Below the pieces are notes generated by a model that had not been told where the DNA came from, made no database searches, and saw nothing but the letters and a program-made list of their open reading frames with translations. Positions 32,678-41,297 of a DNA stretch of 57,940 nt are shown piece by piece. The translations under genes and the position numbers were made by a program. Position 1 is the first letter of the stretch; every line of letters begins with the position of its first letter. Origin of the DNA: a virus (lineage: Duplodnaviria > Caudoviricetes); the IMG/VR virus record IMGVR_UViG_3300031951_000177, positions 1 through 57,940 of that record. One strand, given 5' to 3'.

Positions 32678-33862
32678 TTACTTCCCGACGTAGCCGATGA
32701 CCTTGCCGCTCTTGTCCTTCACTTCCCAACCCCGACCAGACACAAGCGCGCCGATCGAGGAGCCGGCCGGGGCGCCCTGCACTTGGGCGATTTGCGGCGG
32801 ACTCTTGGCGTCAGAGGGGGCCGGGGCCGCTGGAGCCGCCGCGGGAGCGCCGCTGGATTCTCCACTACCAGGCCGCTTGAACTGCTTCATCGCCGCATTC
32901 AATTCCGTCAGCTCGTTCAGGAACGGCTGAATCTCTTCAAGCCTTGTCTTGGCCTTTGCGTCACCGGCTTCAGCACGCTTGCGCAGGGATGCGAGCGAGG
33001 CGTTGACCTCGTTCTTGGTGACCCCAAGGGTCAGCGCAATGTCGTCCTTGCTGGCGTTGATCTGACGTTGAATGTCCGCGGTGGTCGCTGGCTTCTTGTT
33101 CGGGTCAGAAGGGTTCGCCGAGCGCTCAGCGCGTCTTTCACGGGTGCGCGCATCTGCCTCCATGATGCCCAGGCGGCGATCGGTCTGATCGCCTCGACGG
33201 CGGCCCTCATCTGCGCGCTGCCTGTTCCCTTCTTCGATCAGGTCCAGCCGGCGATTTGTCGCGGCCTGCTCAGCGGCGCGCTGCTTCTCTCTGTTCTCCT
33301 CGGCCACCTCGCGCAGCGTGTCCGCCTTGGCCTTCGTGTAGGCATCGAGCACAGACGAGTGCGCACCCATTCCCATGGCCGCGGTCACGCGGTCCTCGGC
33401 AGCGATCATCCGCGGGTCGCGGGTCGACTCTGCTGCACCCTCGATCAGGCCTGACTTGCGGTAGCTCTCGCGCAGCGCCGGATCCTTGCGGATCAGGTCG
33501 AGCATCTGCTCCTTGCTGAGCGCGATGTCACCCTCCTCGCCGGCCTTGGCAGACATCTCACCCAGCTTGGTGGCGTCAGAGTCCATGCGCGCAGTGCGGC
33601 GCTCGGTCCCCATCTGCGTGGCGCGCTGCTCGACCTGCGCGGTTTCAGCAGTCACGCGCTGCTTCAGCGTCTCGGCCTTCTTCTCCTCGCGCTCGGCGCG
33701 GATCCTGTCAGCCTCCTCGGCCCGCTTGATGGCGTTGGCCTCGCGCCGCTCCTCGTCCTCGCGCCTGCGCTGGTCCTCGATGTCCTTCAGCATGTAGCTG
33801 CCAAAGGTGGTCCCGGCATCTGCGATGCCTTTGCCGATCCCGGCCCAGATCAGTCCGCTCAT
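32678..33862 (-). CDS. Putative ejection/internal virion protein (charged coiled coil)
   Basis: 394 aa; position between the pilot-like genes and the giant protein. Confidence 0.8.
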   Translation of the reverse strand: MSGLIWAGIGKGIADAGTTFGSYMLKDIEDQRRREDEERREANAIKRAEEADRIRAEREEKKAETLKQRVTAETAQVEQRATQMGTERRTARMDSDATKLGEMSAKAGEEGDIALSKEQMLDLIRKDPALRESYRKSGLIEGAAESTRDPRMIAAEDRVTAAMGMGAHSSVLDAYTKAKADTLREVAEENREKQRAAEQAATNRRLDLIEEGNRQRADEGRRRGDQTDRRLGIMEADARTRERRAERSANPSDPNKKPATTADIQRQINASKDDIALTLGVTKNEVNASLASLRKRAEAGDAKAKTRLEEIQPFLNELTELNAAMKQFKRPGSGESSGAPAAAPAAPAPSDAKSPPQIAQVQGAPAGSSIGALVSGRGWEVKDKSGKVIGYVGK

Positions 33863-34434
33863 GCTGGCATCTCCTCCGGCGCCTGCTCCTCGCCGGCCGC
33901 CATGCGGTTGAACTCCTCAGGGTCGACCTGGTCCATGGCCTGCTGCAGTTGCGTCGTGTCCACGCCCTGCTCGCCCAGGAAGCGCAGGATCATCTGCTTC
34001 AGGGCCATCGCCACGTCGGACGGCTGCAGAGGGACGTTGGCCGCCTCGGCGATCTCAGCCACCTCCTCAAGCACGAAGGTCGCAAAGGCGGCCAGCATCT
34101 CGTCAGGCACCGCGCCGTTCGTCTTCTCGTCGGTGATGGTGATGATCTCGTAGGCGGTGTTGGCCAGCGCCTCTACCGGGTCACGCGCAGTCTTGATGGA
34201 CTTCGCGATGTCCTTGGCTGCCTTGTTCTTGTACAGGGCCTCCATGGCGAACTGAGCGGCCTGCTGGTACCCAGGGTCCGACTCGGGGTCAACGCCCTCT
34301 TCTGCGGGCTCCTGGCCCTCCTGCTGGGCTTGCATATCCTGCGGCCCTGGAGCTGGCGTGGTGACGGGCGGCTGCTGCATTGCGTCGTCGACTTCCGACG
34401 ACGGCGCCATCTGGTCTTTGATCAGTCCTGCCAT
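33859..34434 (-). CDS. Acidic hypothetical protein of the ejection module
   Basis: AAGGA RBS + MAGLIKDQ; ATGA coupling. Confidence 0.8.
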   Translation of the reverse strand: MAGLIKDQMAPSSEVDDAMQQPPVTTPAPGPQDMQAQQEGQEPAEEGVDPESDPGYQQAAQFAMEALYKNKAAKDIAKSIKTARDPVEALANTAYEIITITDEKTNGAVPDEMLAAFATFVLEEVAEIAEAANVPLQPSDVAMALKQMILRFLGEQGVDTTQLQQAMDQVDPEEFNRMAAGEEQAPEEMPA

Positions 34435-34445
34435 GATGATTCCTT

Positions 34446-35120
34446 TCAGGCGCGGCGGGGCCACAGGCTGGTGCCGACGTTGCGGTTGTAAGCGGCGAGC
34501 TTGTCCTCTTCCTTCTGATCCATCCGCTCTTGCTGCTTCTGCGCGCCGTAGCCCTGCATGGCGCCGCCGATGAGCTGAGTGCCGCCGCTGATCAAAGCGG
34601 GCGCGGTGTATTGGCTGGACATTACCTTGGCCAGCAGGCCGGAGCCGCCAGCGGGCGTGACTGGCGGCATGCCTGCTGGAGCAGGCAGTGACATCGGCGC
34701 GCCACCAGTGGCCTGCGTGATCGCAGCCTGCGCCGGGGACACGATTGATTGCGGGGCCATGGACATGCCTGGCGTTGCGGCCGGAGTTGCAAGCGCCGCC
34801 GGGGCCGATCCGGCAGTCCCCATAAAACCTTCAGACAGCGCAGTTCCGGCGCCACTGAAACTGCCTTTCGTGAGCGCGGTAAACGCATTGCCAATTCCTG
34901 TTGCAGCACTACTTAAACCTGAGCTCATCCCAGACAAGAACGATGTACTGGTGCCGATGGTGTTAAGGCCTCCCATCAGCGCAGCACCACCAAAGTAAAC
35001 AGCCGCCGCTGTGAGCAGCACCTTGCCCACCTTGGACTTCGCCACCTTCTTCACGACGTTGGTCACGCCCTTGACGACCTTGCTGACTGCACGGCCGATA
35101 CCCTTGACAACCTTGCTCAT
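34446..35120 (-). CDS. Putative ejection protein (Gly/Ala-rich, membrane-interacting)
   Basis: Amphipathic basic N-terminus MSKVVKGIGRAVSKVVKGV, hydrophobic segment, Gly-rich. Confidence 0.8.
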   Translation of the reverse strand: MSKVVKGIGRAVSKVVKGVTNVVKKVAKSKVGKVLLTAAAVYFGGAALMGGLNTIGTSTSFLSGMSSGLSSAATGIGNAFTALTKGSFSGAGTALSEGFMGTAGSAPAALATPAATPGMSMAPQSIVSPAQAAITQATGGAPMSLPAPAGMPPVTPAGGSGLLAKVMSSQYTAPALISGGTQLIGGAMQGYGAQKQQERMDQKEEDKLAAYNRNVGTSLWPRRA

Positions 35121-35560
35121 AGAGCGCTCCTTACATACGTCATGTTGATCGACTTGCGACCGAAGCCCAGGCGCTTGAGAAAGCGCACCATCCGCAGGTC
35201 GACGTTGGGCTCAAGCTCAAGCACCGCCACCTTGATGCCCGATCGCGACTTCACCCACCTGGCGAGCTCGCGCAGCAGGGCCGCGCCAGCACCAGGCTTG
35301 CGCGTGTAGTACAGCAGCACCGAGCACTGCAGGCCTCGATACCAAAACGACTTCTGCGTCATCGCCGCCACCGCGGCCACCACGTTGCCCGCCTCGTCCT
35401 CGGCCACCCACATGAAGTGCGCCGGGTTCAAGCACTGCATGGCCATCTCGCGCATCGCCTCGCGGTCCACAGTGACCGGCAGCGGATCGCGCATGACCGA
35501 CTCCACCGCGATGTCCACGATCGCGATGATGTCGCGGTAGGTTGCCTTGCGGGAAATCAT
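35117..35560 (-). CDS. GNAT-fold acetyltransferase-like protein
   Basis: RKATYRDI...WVAEDEAGNVVA...GAGAALLREL...FLKRLGF. Confidence 0.8.
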   Translation of the reverse strand: MISRKATYRDIIAIVDIAVESVMRDPLPVTVDREAMREMAMQCLNPAHFMWVAEDEAGNVVAAVAAMTQKSFWYRGLQCSVLLYYTRKPGAGAALLRELARWVKSRSGIKVAVLELEPNVDLRMVRFLKRLGFGRKSINMTYVRSAL

Positions 35561-35568
35561 TTAGGTCA

Positions 35569-38466
35569 TTAATTTCTGCTAAGCCAAGAGTCGATGTCAA
35601 TCCCGCCCGTATAGCCACCGTTGTCGGCCATCCATCTGATGTCATCAACAGAAATGCCCGCCTCTCTAAGCTGGTCGGGCGACATCGGTGTGTTGTTGTT
35701 CGGGCTATTGCCATTGAAGTAATCAATCTTCCTCTGCCAAGACAACTCGTTCCAGTTGGATGGAAGAGTCCATCCGATTTTTTTGGCCGACTCCTGAGCG
35801 GTAGGCGCTGGAGTCGGCGCGGGAGTCGGCGCAGGCGTGGGCGCTGGAGTCGGAGCAGGCGTCGGGGCTGGAGTAGGCGCAGGCGTTGGCGCAGGGGTTG
35901 GCGCAGGGGTGGGAGCCGGCGTGATGACGTCGTTGATGATCTTGATTCTGTCGGGCGCAGTAACGGCGGGAAGCGTTGTCTTGTAAAAAGAAGACGCCCA
36001 CTGAAGTGTGCTGTTGCTGTTCGCAATCACGTTGTCGACGGCCCGCGACTTAGGGCTCGACGGACTCATGCCGGACGGAATAGATGCGCCGGCAGTAAGA
36101 GCTACATATTTCCCTGAACTGTCAATGTAGCCGTCAGGCGTAGTGCTCAAATTTGGGTCGGCAAGAATGTTGTTGATCTGATTGCTTGTGTTGGAAACGA
36201 TGTTCGCAGCAAAGGCAGATGACACATTTGCCTGGTTAATGGTGTTCTGAAGATTGACCATTGCCGTCTGCTGGGACCGGTCAAGCTGGTTCTGCGTGGA
36301 CTGAAAATTCTGATTTGCAGTTTGGAGCGAAAGCTGAGAATTTTGAGAAAGCGTTTGAACGCTAAGTTGCTGGGCGCGATCAAGGCTTGATTGCGCGGAC
36401 TGAAAGTTCTGCTGCGCGATCTGCAAGTCTTTTTGAGCCGCAATGCTCTTATCTGAAAGAGCGATTTGCTGAGCGCGATCGAGAGCCGCCTGCGCAGACT
36501 GGAAAGTTTGTTGGGCGGTCTGCAAGGTCGCCTGCTGAGTGCGGTCAAGGGCTGCCTCGGCCGCTTGAAATACTTGCTGAGCGTCTTGAAGATTTTTCTG
36601 AGCAGCAATGCTCTTGTCGGTCAAAGCCACCTGTTGAGCGCGGTCGAGGGCGGCCTGGGCCTCTTGGAACTTCTGCTGCGCAGTCTGCATGCTGAGCTGC
36701 TGAGTTCGATCAAGCGCAGACTCGCCCTTCTCAAACTCTTGCCTAGACTTTTCCAGTGCCTGCTGAGCCGTAATGTTTTTGTCGGCCAACATGATCTGTT
36801 GGGCGCGATCCTTCTCAGCTTGGCTTGCTTGGAAAGCCTGGGACTCTTTGGCCAACGACACGGCCTGGGCCCGATCAAGACCTGCTTGCTCAGACTGGAA
36901 CGCTTGCCTAGAAACTTCCAGCGCCTGCTGAGCCGAGATGTTCTTGTCGGCCAGCATGATTTGAACTGCCCGGTCTCTTTCGGACTGCGTAGCCTGAAAG
37001 CTCTGGGCGGCGTTCTGCAAGCTGAATTGCTGCGCACGGTCTAGCGCAGACTCGCCCTTCTGGAAGTCCTGACGCGACCTCTCAAGGGCTTGGTTTGCAG
37101 ATATGTTCTTGTCGGTCAGCATGAGCTGTTGCGCACGATCCAGCTCAGACTGGTTAGCCTGGAAGGAACGATTGGCGGCCGCAAGGTCTGAGGCTGCCGT
37201 CCGGTCCAGACCAGCCTGCACCGCCTGGAACTCCTGCTGCGCCTGCTGCAGTGCCTGCTGAGCAGTAATACTCTTGTCCGCCAGCATGACCTGCTGAGCG
37301 CGGTCCATGGACGCTTGGTCAGCCTGGAATAGCTGTTGAGCCTTGGCCAGATCCATGGCCTGCTTGCGATCCAGGCCGGCCTGCTCAGACTGGAATGCCT
37401 GTCGCGACATCTCAAGCGCCTGATTGGCCGTGATGCTTTTGTCAGCCAGCATGATCTGCTGAGCGCGGTCGAGCTCAGACTGGCTGGCCTGGAACTTCTG
37501 CGACTCCAGCGCCAACGAGCGAGCTTGCTCGCGATCCAGTCCGGCCTGCGCTGCCTGGAACTCTTGACGAGAAATTTCCAAAGCCTGGTTTGCGCTGATC
37601 GTCCTGTCGGTCAGCATGATCTGTTGAGCTCGATCGAGCTCCGACTGCGTGGCCTGGAACCTCTGAGCCTCCGCAGCCAAAGATGCCTGCTGGTCGCGAT
37701 TGAGCTGGTTCTGCGTCGAGGTGAAAGCCTGCTCGCTTTCCTGCAGCGCCTTCTGGTTGATGCGATCCAGCTCTGCCTCAGCAGACTGGAACTTCTGACG
37801 GGCGAGCTCAAGCGCTTGCTGAGCCTCAATGGACTTGTCAGCAAGCGAAGTCTGCAGCGCACGGTCAAGCTCAGACTGAGCCGCATTGAACCTCTGGGTT
37901 GCCAGCGTCTGCTCAGCGCTAAACGCCTGGCCACCCAGGCGCTCGCTGGTGGCGAACCTTCGGCCAGTTTCGTTTTCGGCAGCGGTGAACTCTTGCTCGC
38001 CCCTTTGCAGGCCGAACTTGTTCTGCTCTTCGACGTTGAACATGCCGCCTTCGTTGACGTACCTTTGATTGGTCAACGCTTGGTTGCTGTAGGTCTGAGC
38101 GTCCTGCTGAGCGATTGGCGTGATGCGATCGATCATGGCCGCCACACCCGCGCCCTGCGCCATGGAGCTGTTCACCAGCCCGCGCTGGTTCATGTTCTGC
38201 ATGGCCAGCGTGCGGGCCCGCTGCATCAGCGGGTTGTCCTTGGCCAGCAGGCTCTCTACTTGACCTGCCGCGGTCTCGGTCTGGCGGTTGACTTCGCGCT
38301 GCTGCGCGGTGAACTGCGCAGCCTGCGTCATGGGTGACGGCGCGGGAGAAGGCGACGAGGCAGACTGGCCAGAAGTTGAGTTACCCATGGCGCCGCCGAC
38401 AAGCCCAGTACTCGATCCTGCAGACTGCTGAGTGTCGAAGGGATTGTTGGTGACCGTGGTTGCCAT
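35569..38466 (-). CDS. Long Gln-rich repeat coiled-coil protein (putative DNA-ejection pilot/tube)
   Basis: RGLVNSSMA...PIAQQDA N-terminus; alternating 33/22-aa repeats; (PTPA)n linker. Confidence 0.85.
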   Translation of the reverse strand: MATTVTNNPFDTQQSAGSSTGLVGGAMGNSTSGQSASSPSPAPSPMTQAAQFTAQQREVNRQTETAAGQVESLLAKDNPLMQRARTLAMQNMNQRGLVNSSMAQGAGVAAMIDRITPIAQQDAQTYSNQALTNQRYVNEGGMFNVEEQNKFGLQRGEQEFTAAENETGRRFATSERLGGQAFSAEQTLATQRFNAAQSELDRALQTSLADKSIEAQQALELARQKFQSAEAELDRINQKALQESEQAFTSTQNQLNRDQQASLAAEAQRFQATQSELDRAQQIMLTDRTISANQALEISRQEFQAAQAGLDREQARSLALESQKFQASQSELDRAQQIMLADKSITANQALEMSRQAFQSEQAGLDRKQAMDLAKAQQLFQADQASMDRAQQVMLADKSITAQQALQQAQQEFQAVQAGLDRTAASDLAAANRSFQANQSELDRAQQLMLTDKNISANQALERSRQDFQKGESALDRAQQFSLQNAAQSFQATQSERDRAVQIMLADKNISAQQALEVSRQAFQSEQAGLDRAQAVSLAKESQAFQASQAEKDRAQQIMLADKNITAQQALEKSRQEFEKGESALDRTQQLSMQTAQQKFQEAQAALDRAQQVALTDKSIAAQKNLQDAQQVFQAAEAALDRTQQATLQTAQQTFQSAQAALDRAQQIALSDKSIAAQKDLQIAQQNFQSAQSSLDRAQQLSVQTLSQNSQLSLQTANQNFQSTQNQLDRSQQTAMVNLQNTINQANVSSAFAANIVSNTSNQINNILADPNLSTTPDGYIDSSGKYVALTAGASIPSGMSPSSPKSRAVDNVIANSNSTLQWASSFYKTTLPAVTAPDRIKIINDVITPAPTPAPTPAPTPAPTPAPTPAPTPAPTPAPTPAPTPAPTAQESAKKIGWTLPSNWNELSWQRKIDYFNGNSPNNNTPMSPDQLREAGISVDDIRWMADNGGYTGGIDIDSWLSRN
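35800..35920 (-). repeat. Degenerate 12-bp tandem repeat encoding (PAPT)n
   Basis: About 10 PTPA units with synonymous variation. Confidence 0.9.
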
Positions 38467-38477
38467 GAGAAGCCCTC

Positions 38478-38570
38478 AAACGAAAATGGCCCGCCAAGGC
38501 GAGCCAGTGCGATCACTGCAGACGCAGTGACCCGCAGAAGATTGTAGGTGAAAAACCAGCATTGTGATAG
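38478..38570 (-). promoter_or_regulatory. Late promoter 3 with leader hairpin and terminator-like hairpin
   Basis: Operator at the -35 position; TACAAT(38546-38541)-6 nt-CGGGTCACTGC; TCACTGC/GCAGTGA stem; TGGCTCGCC-TT-GGCGGGCCA-TTTTCGTTT. Confidence 0.6.
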
Positions 38571-38572
38571 TC

Positions 38573-39094
38573 CTAGCCGGTGGCCGCCGCGTCGCTCAGA
38601 AACAGCGCACGCTCGTCCTTGCGCCGACGCACCAGGCCAGGCAGCTCGCGGCCGCCACCTTTGGTCCACATCATGAACGCCTCGGCAGCGCCATCGAACT
38701 CGCCGCGGTTGTTGCGGATGCGGATCTGAGACCGCTGGTAGTTGCCTAGACCAGCGTTGAACGCAAAAGAGACCACAGCGTCAAATGCGCCCTGACGACC
38801 AGCCAGATTAGGAGACAGTCGAAGAGCGCCACGCTCAAAATTTGCGACGTCCTGGCTAAAGAGATTCTCGATCTCGTCCTTCGTCCAGACACGGTTGTCC
38901 TCCGGGCGCAGCGGGTAGTCCTTGCGGATCATTCCCTGGTAGTCCCCGACGCGGGCCACAGGCAACCGGATCTGATCCTGGTACAGCACATGGCCGTAGC
39001 CAATGGTCCAGATGTGCGCCGGGCACAAGTACGGCCTCGACCGATACCCCTCGTACCGGTGCATCAGGTCAGCGCCGCGCTTGCTCAGTTTCAC
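38573..39094 (-). CDS. Endolysin, GH24 lysozyme
   Basis: YEGYRSRPYLCPAHIWTIGYGH, FDAVVSFAFNAG, WTKGGGRELPGLVRRRKDE. Confidence 0.93.
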   Translation of the reverse strand: MKLSKRGADLMHRYEGYRSRPYLCPAHIWTIGYGHVLYQDQIRLPVARVGDYQGMIRKDYPLRPEDNRVWTKDEIENLFSQDVANFERGALRLSPNLAGRQGAFDAVVSFAFNAGLGNYQRSQIRIRNNRGEFDGAAEAFMMWTKGGGRELPGLVRRRKDERALFLSDAAATG

Positions 39095-39594
39095 TTCTTG
39101 CCCCAGGAGCGAGTGCCGAACCAAAAACCGATGATCCCGCCCAGCATGGCCATCTCGTCGTCGCTGAAGATGACGGTAGTCACGCGGATCAGGTCGTTGA
39201 TGTTGGTGATCAAGCCCTGCTGGTTAAAGGCGTACCAGGCGATGGCAGCGTTGATGGCCACCAGCTCAAGGATGAAGATGTAGGTGACTGTCGGGCGCAC
39301 GGTGCCGACGTAGTTGGCCACCCAGCGCGATGCGCGATCGAGCACCTTCTCGTCGTGCCTGAGCGCCGCCTCGGTCATCTGCGCCTCGGTCTGCATCGCA
39401 ACCTGCTCAGTGCGAATCTCCTCCATCCGAGCCTGGGCAGCAAAGCCCTGCGCGGCCAGTTGCAGCTCGCGCTCGGTCTGCACCCGGGCGAGCTCCAGCT
39501 CGTGCCGCTGGTCGGCCTTGTTCTGGAAGTACTCCAGCAGCTTGGGCAGGCCGCTAATGAGCAAGCCGCCGAGGGTTGAGAGTAGGGACAGCAT
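39091..39594 (-). CDS. Putative holin-like membrane protein
   Basis: Hydrophobic segments; VRPTVTY...IIGFWFGTRS; coupled to the lysozyme gene. Confidence 0.75.
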   Translation of the reverse strand: MLSLLSTLGGLLISGLPKLLEYFQNKADQRHELELARVQTERELQLAAQGFAAQARMEEIRTEQVAMQTEAQMTEAALRHDEKVLDRASRWVANYVGTVRPTVTYIFILELVAINAAIAWYAFNQQGLITNINDLIRVTTVIFSDDEMAMLGGIIGFWFGTRSWGKK

Positions 39595-39869
39595 TACTTG
39601 GCTCCTTTCGCCATTCTTTCGCGCTCTTCAAGCAGCCGCACTTTGACCTGAAGCTCGTTGATGTGCGCCATCAACTGCTCCTTCAGGAGCGCACGCTTCT
39701 CTGCGGACAGAGGGCTGTCAGTGGGCACGCCGGTAGAAGTGATGAGCGCAGGCATGTTGCCTTCGATTTTGGTCAGTCGCTCAGAGAAGGAGTTGACCTG
39801 CCCAAGCAGCCACGCCAGCGCGGCGACCACAATCGGTATGACGGCCTTGAGTGTGTCTGCCCAGGTCAT
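39594..39869 (-). CDS. Small membrane + coiled-coil protein (lysis region)
   Basis: MTWADTLKAVIPIVVAALAWLLG; AGGA RBS. Confidence 0.72.
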   Translation of the reverse strand: MTWADTLKAVIPIVVAALAWLLGQVNSFSERLTKIEGNMPALITSTGVPTDSPLSAEKRALLKEQLMAHINELQVKVRLLEERERMAKGAK

Positions 39870-39871
39870 AG

Positions 39872-40225
39872 CTACTTCCTGGCCTCCTGCTTGATGTGCT
39901 CCCAGGCTGCGACGCACAGGAACACCACCACGGCCCACAGGCCAGCCGCGGTGACCTTGGAGACGGCGTCGCTCTTGGTCTTCTCCCACCAGCTTGCGTT
40001 GGCGATCTGACGCTCATGCGCCAGGCGGTGGCCGTGCGGATCACCGCCCGGGAAAGCGTCATTGAAGGCCTGGCGCAGCGTGGCGAACTGCTTGTCCATA
40101 TGCAGGGTCAGGTGCTGCTCATGCGTCGTCAGCGCCTTGCTCACCGCATCCTGAATCATCAGCGCCACCTTGTCCTCAGTCAGCGCCGCTTGCCGCCTCT
40201 CGGGGCCGCTGTACTCCGTCATCAA
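39872..40225 (-). CDS. Small membrane protein (lysis region)
   Basis: YSGPERR N-terminus, AFPGGDPHGHR, C-terminal TM segment. Confidence 0.75.
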   Translation of the reverse strand: MMTEYSGPERRQAALTEDKVALMIQDAVSKALTTHEQHLTLHMDKQFATLRQAFNDAFPGGDPHGHRLAHERQIANASWWEKTKSDAVSKVTAAGLWAVVVFLCVAAWEHIKQEARK

Positions 40226-40231
40226 AACACC

Positions 40232-40972
40232 TCAGCAGTTGAGAGCCCCACCAGCACCACCCGGTGCGCCAGCGCCGCCAGCACCACCCGTGGCCAACGA
40301 ATTGCCCGGCACGCCCGAGGCGGCCAGGCTGGGCGACGAGACGGCGTAGCCGCCCGCAGCACCAGCAGACCCAGCAGCGCCTGCACCAGCCGAGCAAGTG
40401 CGCGTCAACGTACCAGCACCGATCACGCCGTCACGGCCCACCGAGTTCGTGGTCGTCTGGTTGGCGGTGGTGGTGTTGTTGGTCGTTGTCGTGGTCGTCG
40501 TGGTTGTCGGCTGCGGGATGTTGCCGGCCACCTGAGCCAGTGCGTTGTACGAGCCGAGGAAGATGTCGCGATTAGCCTGCGACTGCGCGACGGCCACGTT
40601 GCCATTCACCTGCGACTGCTTGTACGCCATCACCGGGGCGATCCAGGGGGTGACCAAGCTGTTGGTGACCTGCAGCACCTGCAGCACGCGGTCGACCGGC
40701 GACGGGGCTGGAGCGATGGGCGCGGCAGGGGCCTGTACGGCGGCGGAGCCAGGCTGCTGCATCAGCGAGAACATCGCTGCAACCTTGGCTGCGTCGCCGC
40801 CCGCGTTGCCCATCGTCGCAATGGCCGTGTACCGAGCCTTGTCAGCTTCGGCACGGGCCACCGCCACCGCTTGGTCGGCCCGGGTGCGGGCCTCGATGGC
40901 GTCGTAGTAGGCCTTGTCAGTGGCGCAGGCAGTCAAGCCCAGCGCCATCAGTGAGCACAGCGCGGCTCTCAT
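40232..40972 (-). CDS. Lipoprotein with Thr-rich and Gly-rich tail
   Basis: Signal peptide with lipobox LTAC. Confidence 0.78.
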   Translation of the reverse strand: MRAALCSLMALGLTACATDKAYYDAIEARTRADQAVAVARAEADKARYTAIATMGNAGGDAAKVAAMFSLMQQPGSAAVQAPAAPIAPAPSPVDRVLQVLQVTNSLVTPWIAPVMAYKQSQVNGNVAVAQSQANRDIFLGSYNALAQVAGNIPQPTTTTTTTTTNNTTTANQTTTNSVGRDGVIGAGTLTRTCSAGAGAAGSAGAAGGYAVSSPSLAASGVPGNSLATGGAGGAGAPGGAGGALNC

Positions 40973-41280
40973 CACGCACCCCAAGGCACGCCTGAGGCCG
41001 CCGTCGGGTTCTTCTGCGCATCGATTTGCCCTTGCACTGCGGCCTCATACGCAGCGACTTGGTTGGCACCCATCTCGTCCTTCACCCAACCAACGACGAT
41101 GGCTTCGGTGAGTTGGTCGTAGGGAATGAACGTCGGATCGTTGTGATCCTTGTGGGGCAGGCTGATCGTGCCGTAGACAGAGCCTGTGGCTGCGCCGTCG
41201 GTCTTTGATACACGCCAGTGGGCAGTGGTCACGCAACCGTCAGGCAGCGTGCTGTCCAGATTTGAGATAGTCCAGTTCAT
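40972..41280 (-). CDS. Tail-fibre-associated small protein
   Basis: MNWTISNLD...TAHWRV...FIPYDQLTE...GVPW; AAGGA RBS; follows the tail fibre gene. Confidence 0.8.
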   Translation of the reverse strand: MNWTISNLDSTLPDGCVTTAHWRVSKTDGAATGSVYGTISLPHKDHNDPTFIPYDQLTEAIVVGWVKDEMGANQVAAYEAAVQGQIDAQKNPTAASGVPWGA

Positions 41281-41297
41281 GGTTGTCCTTTCAGGGG

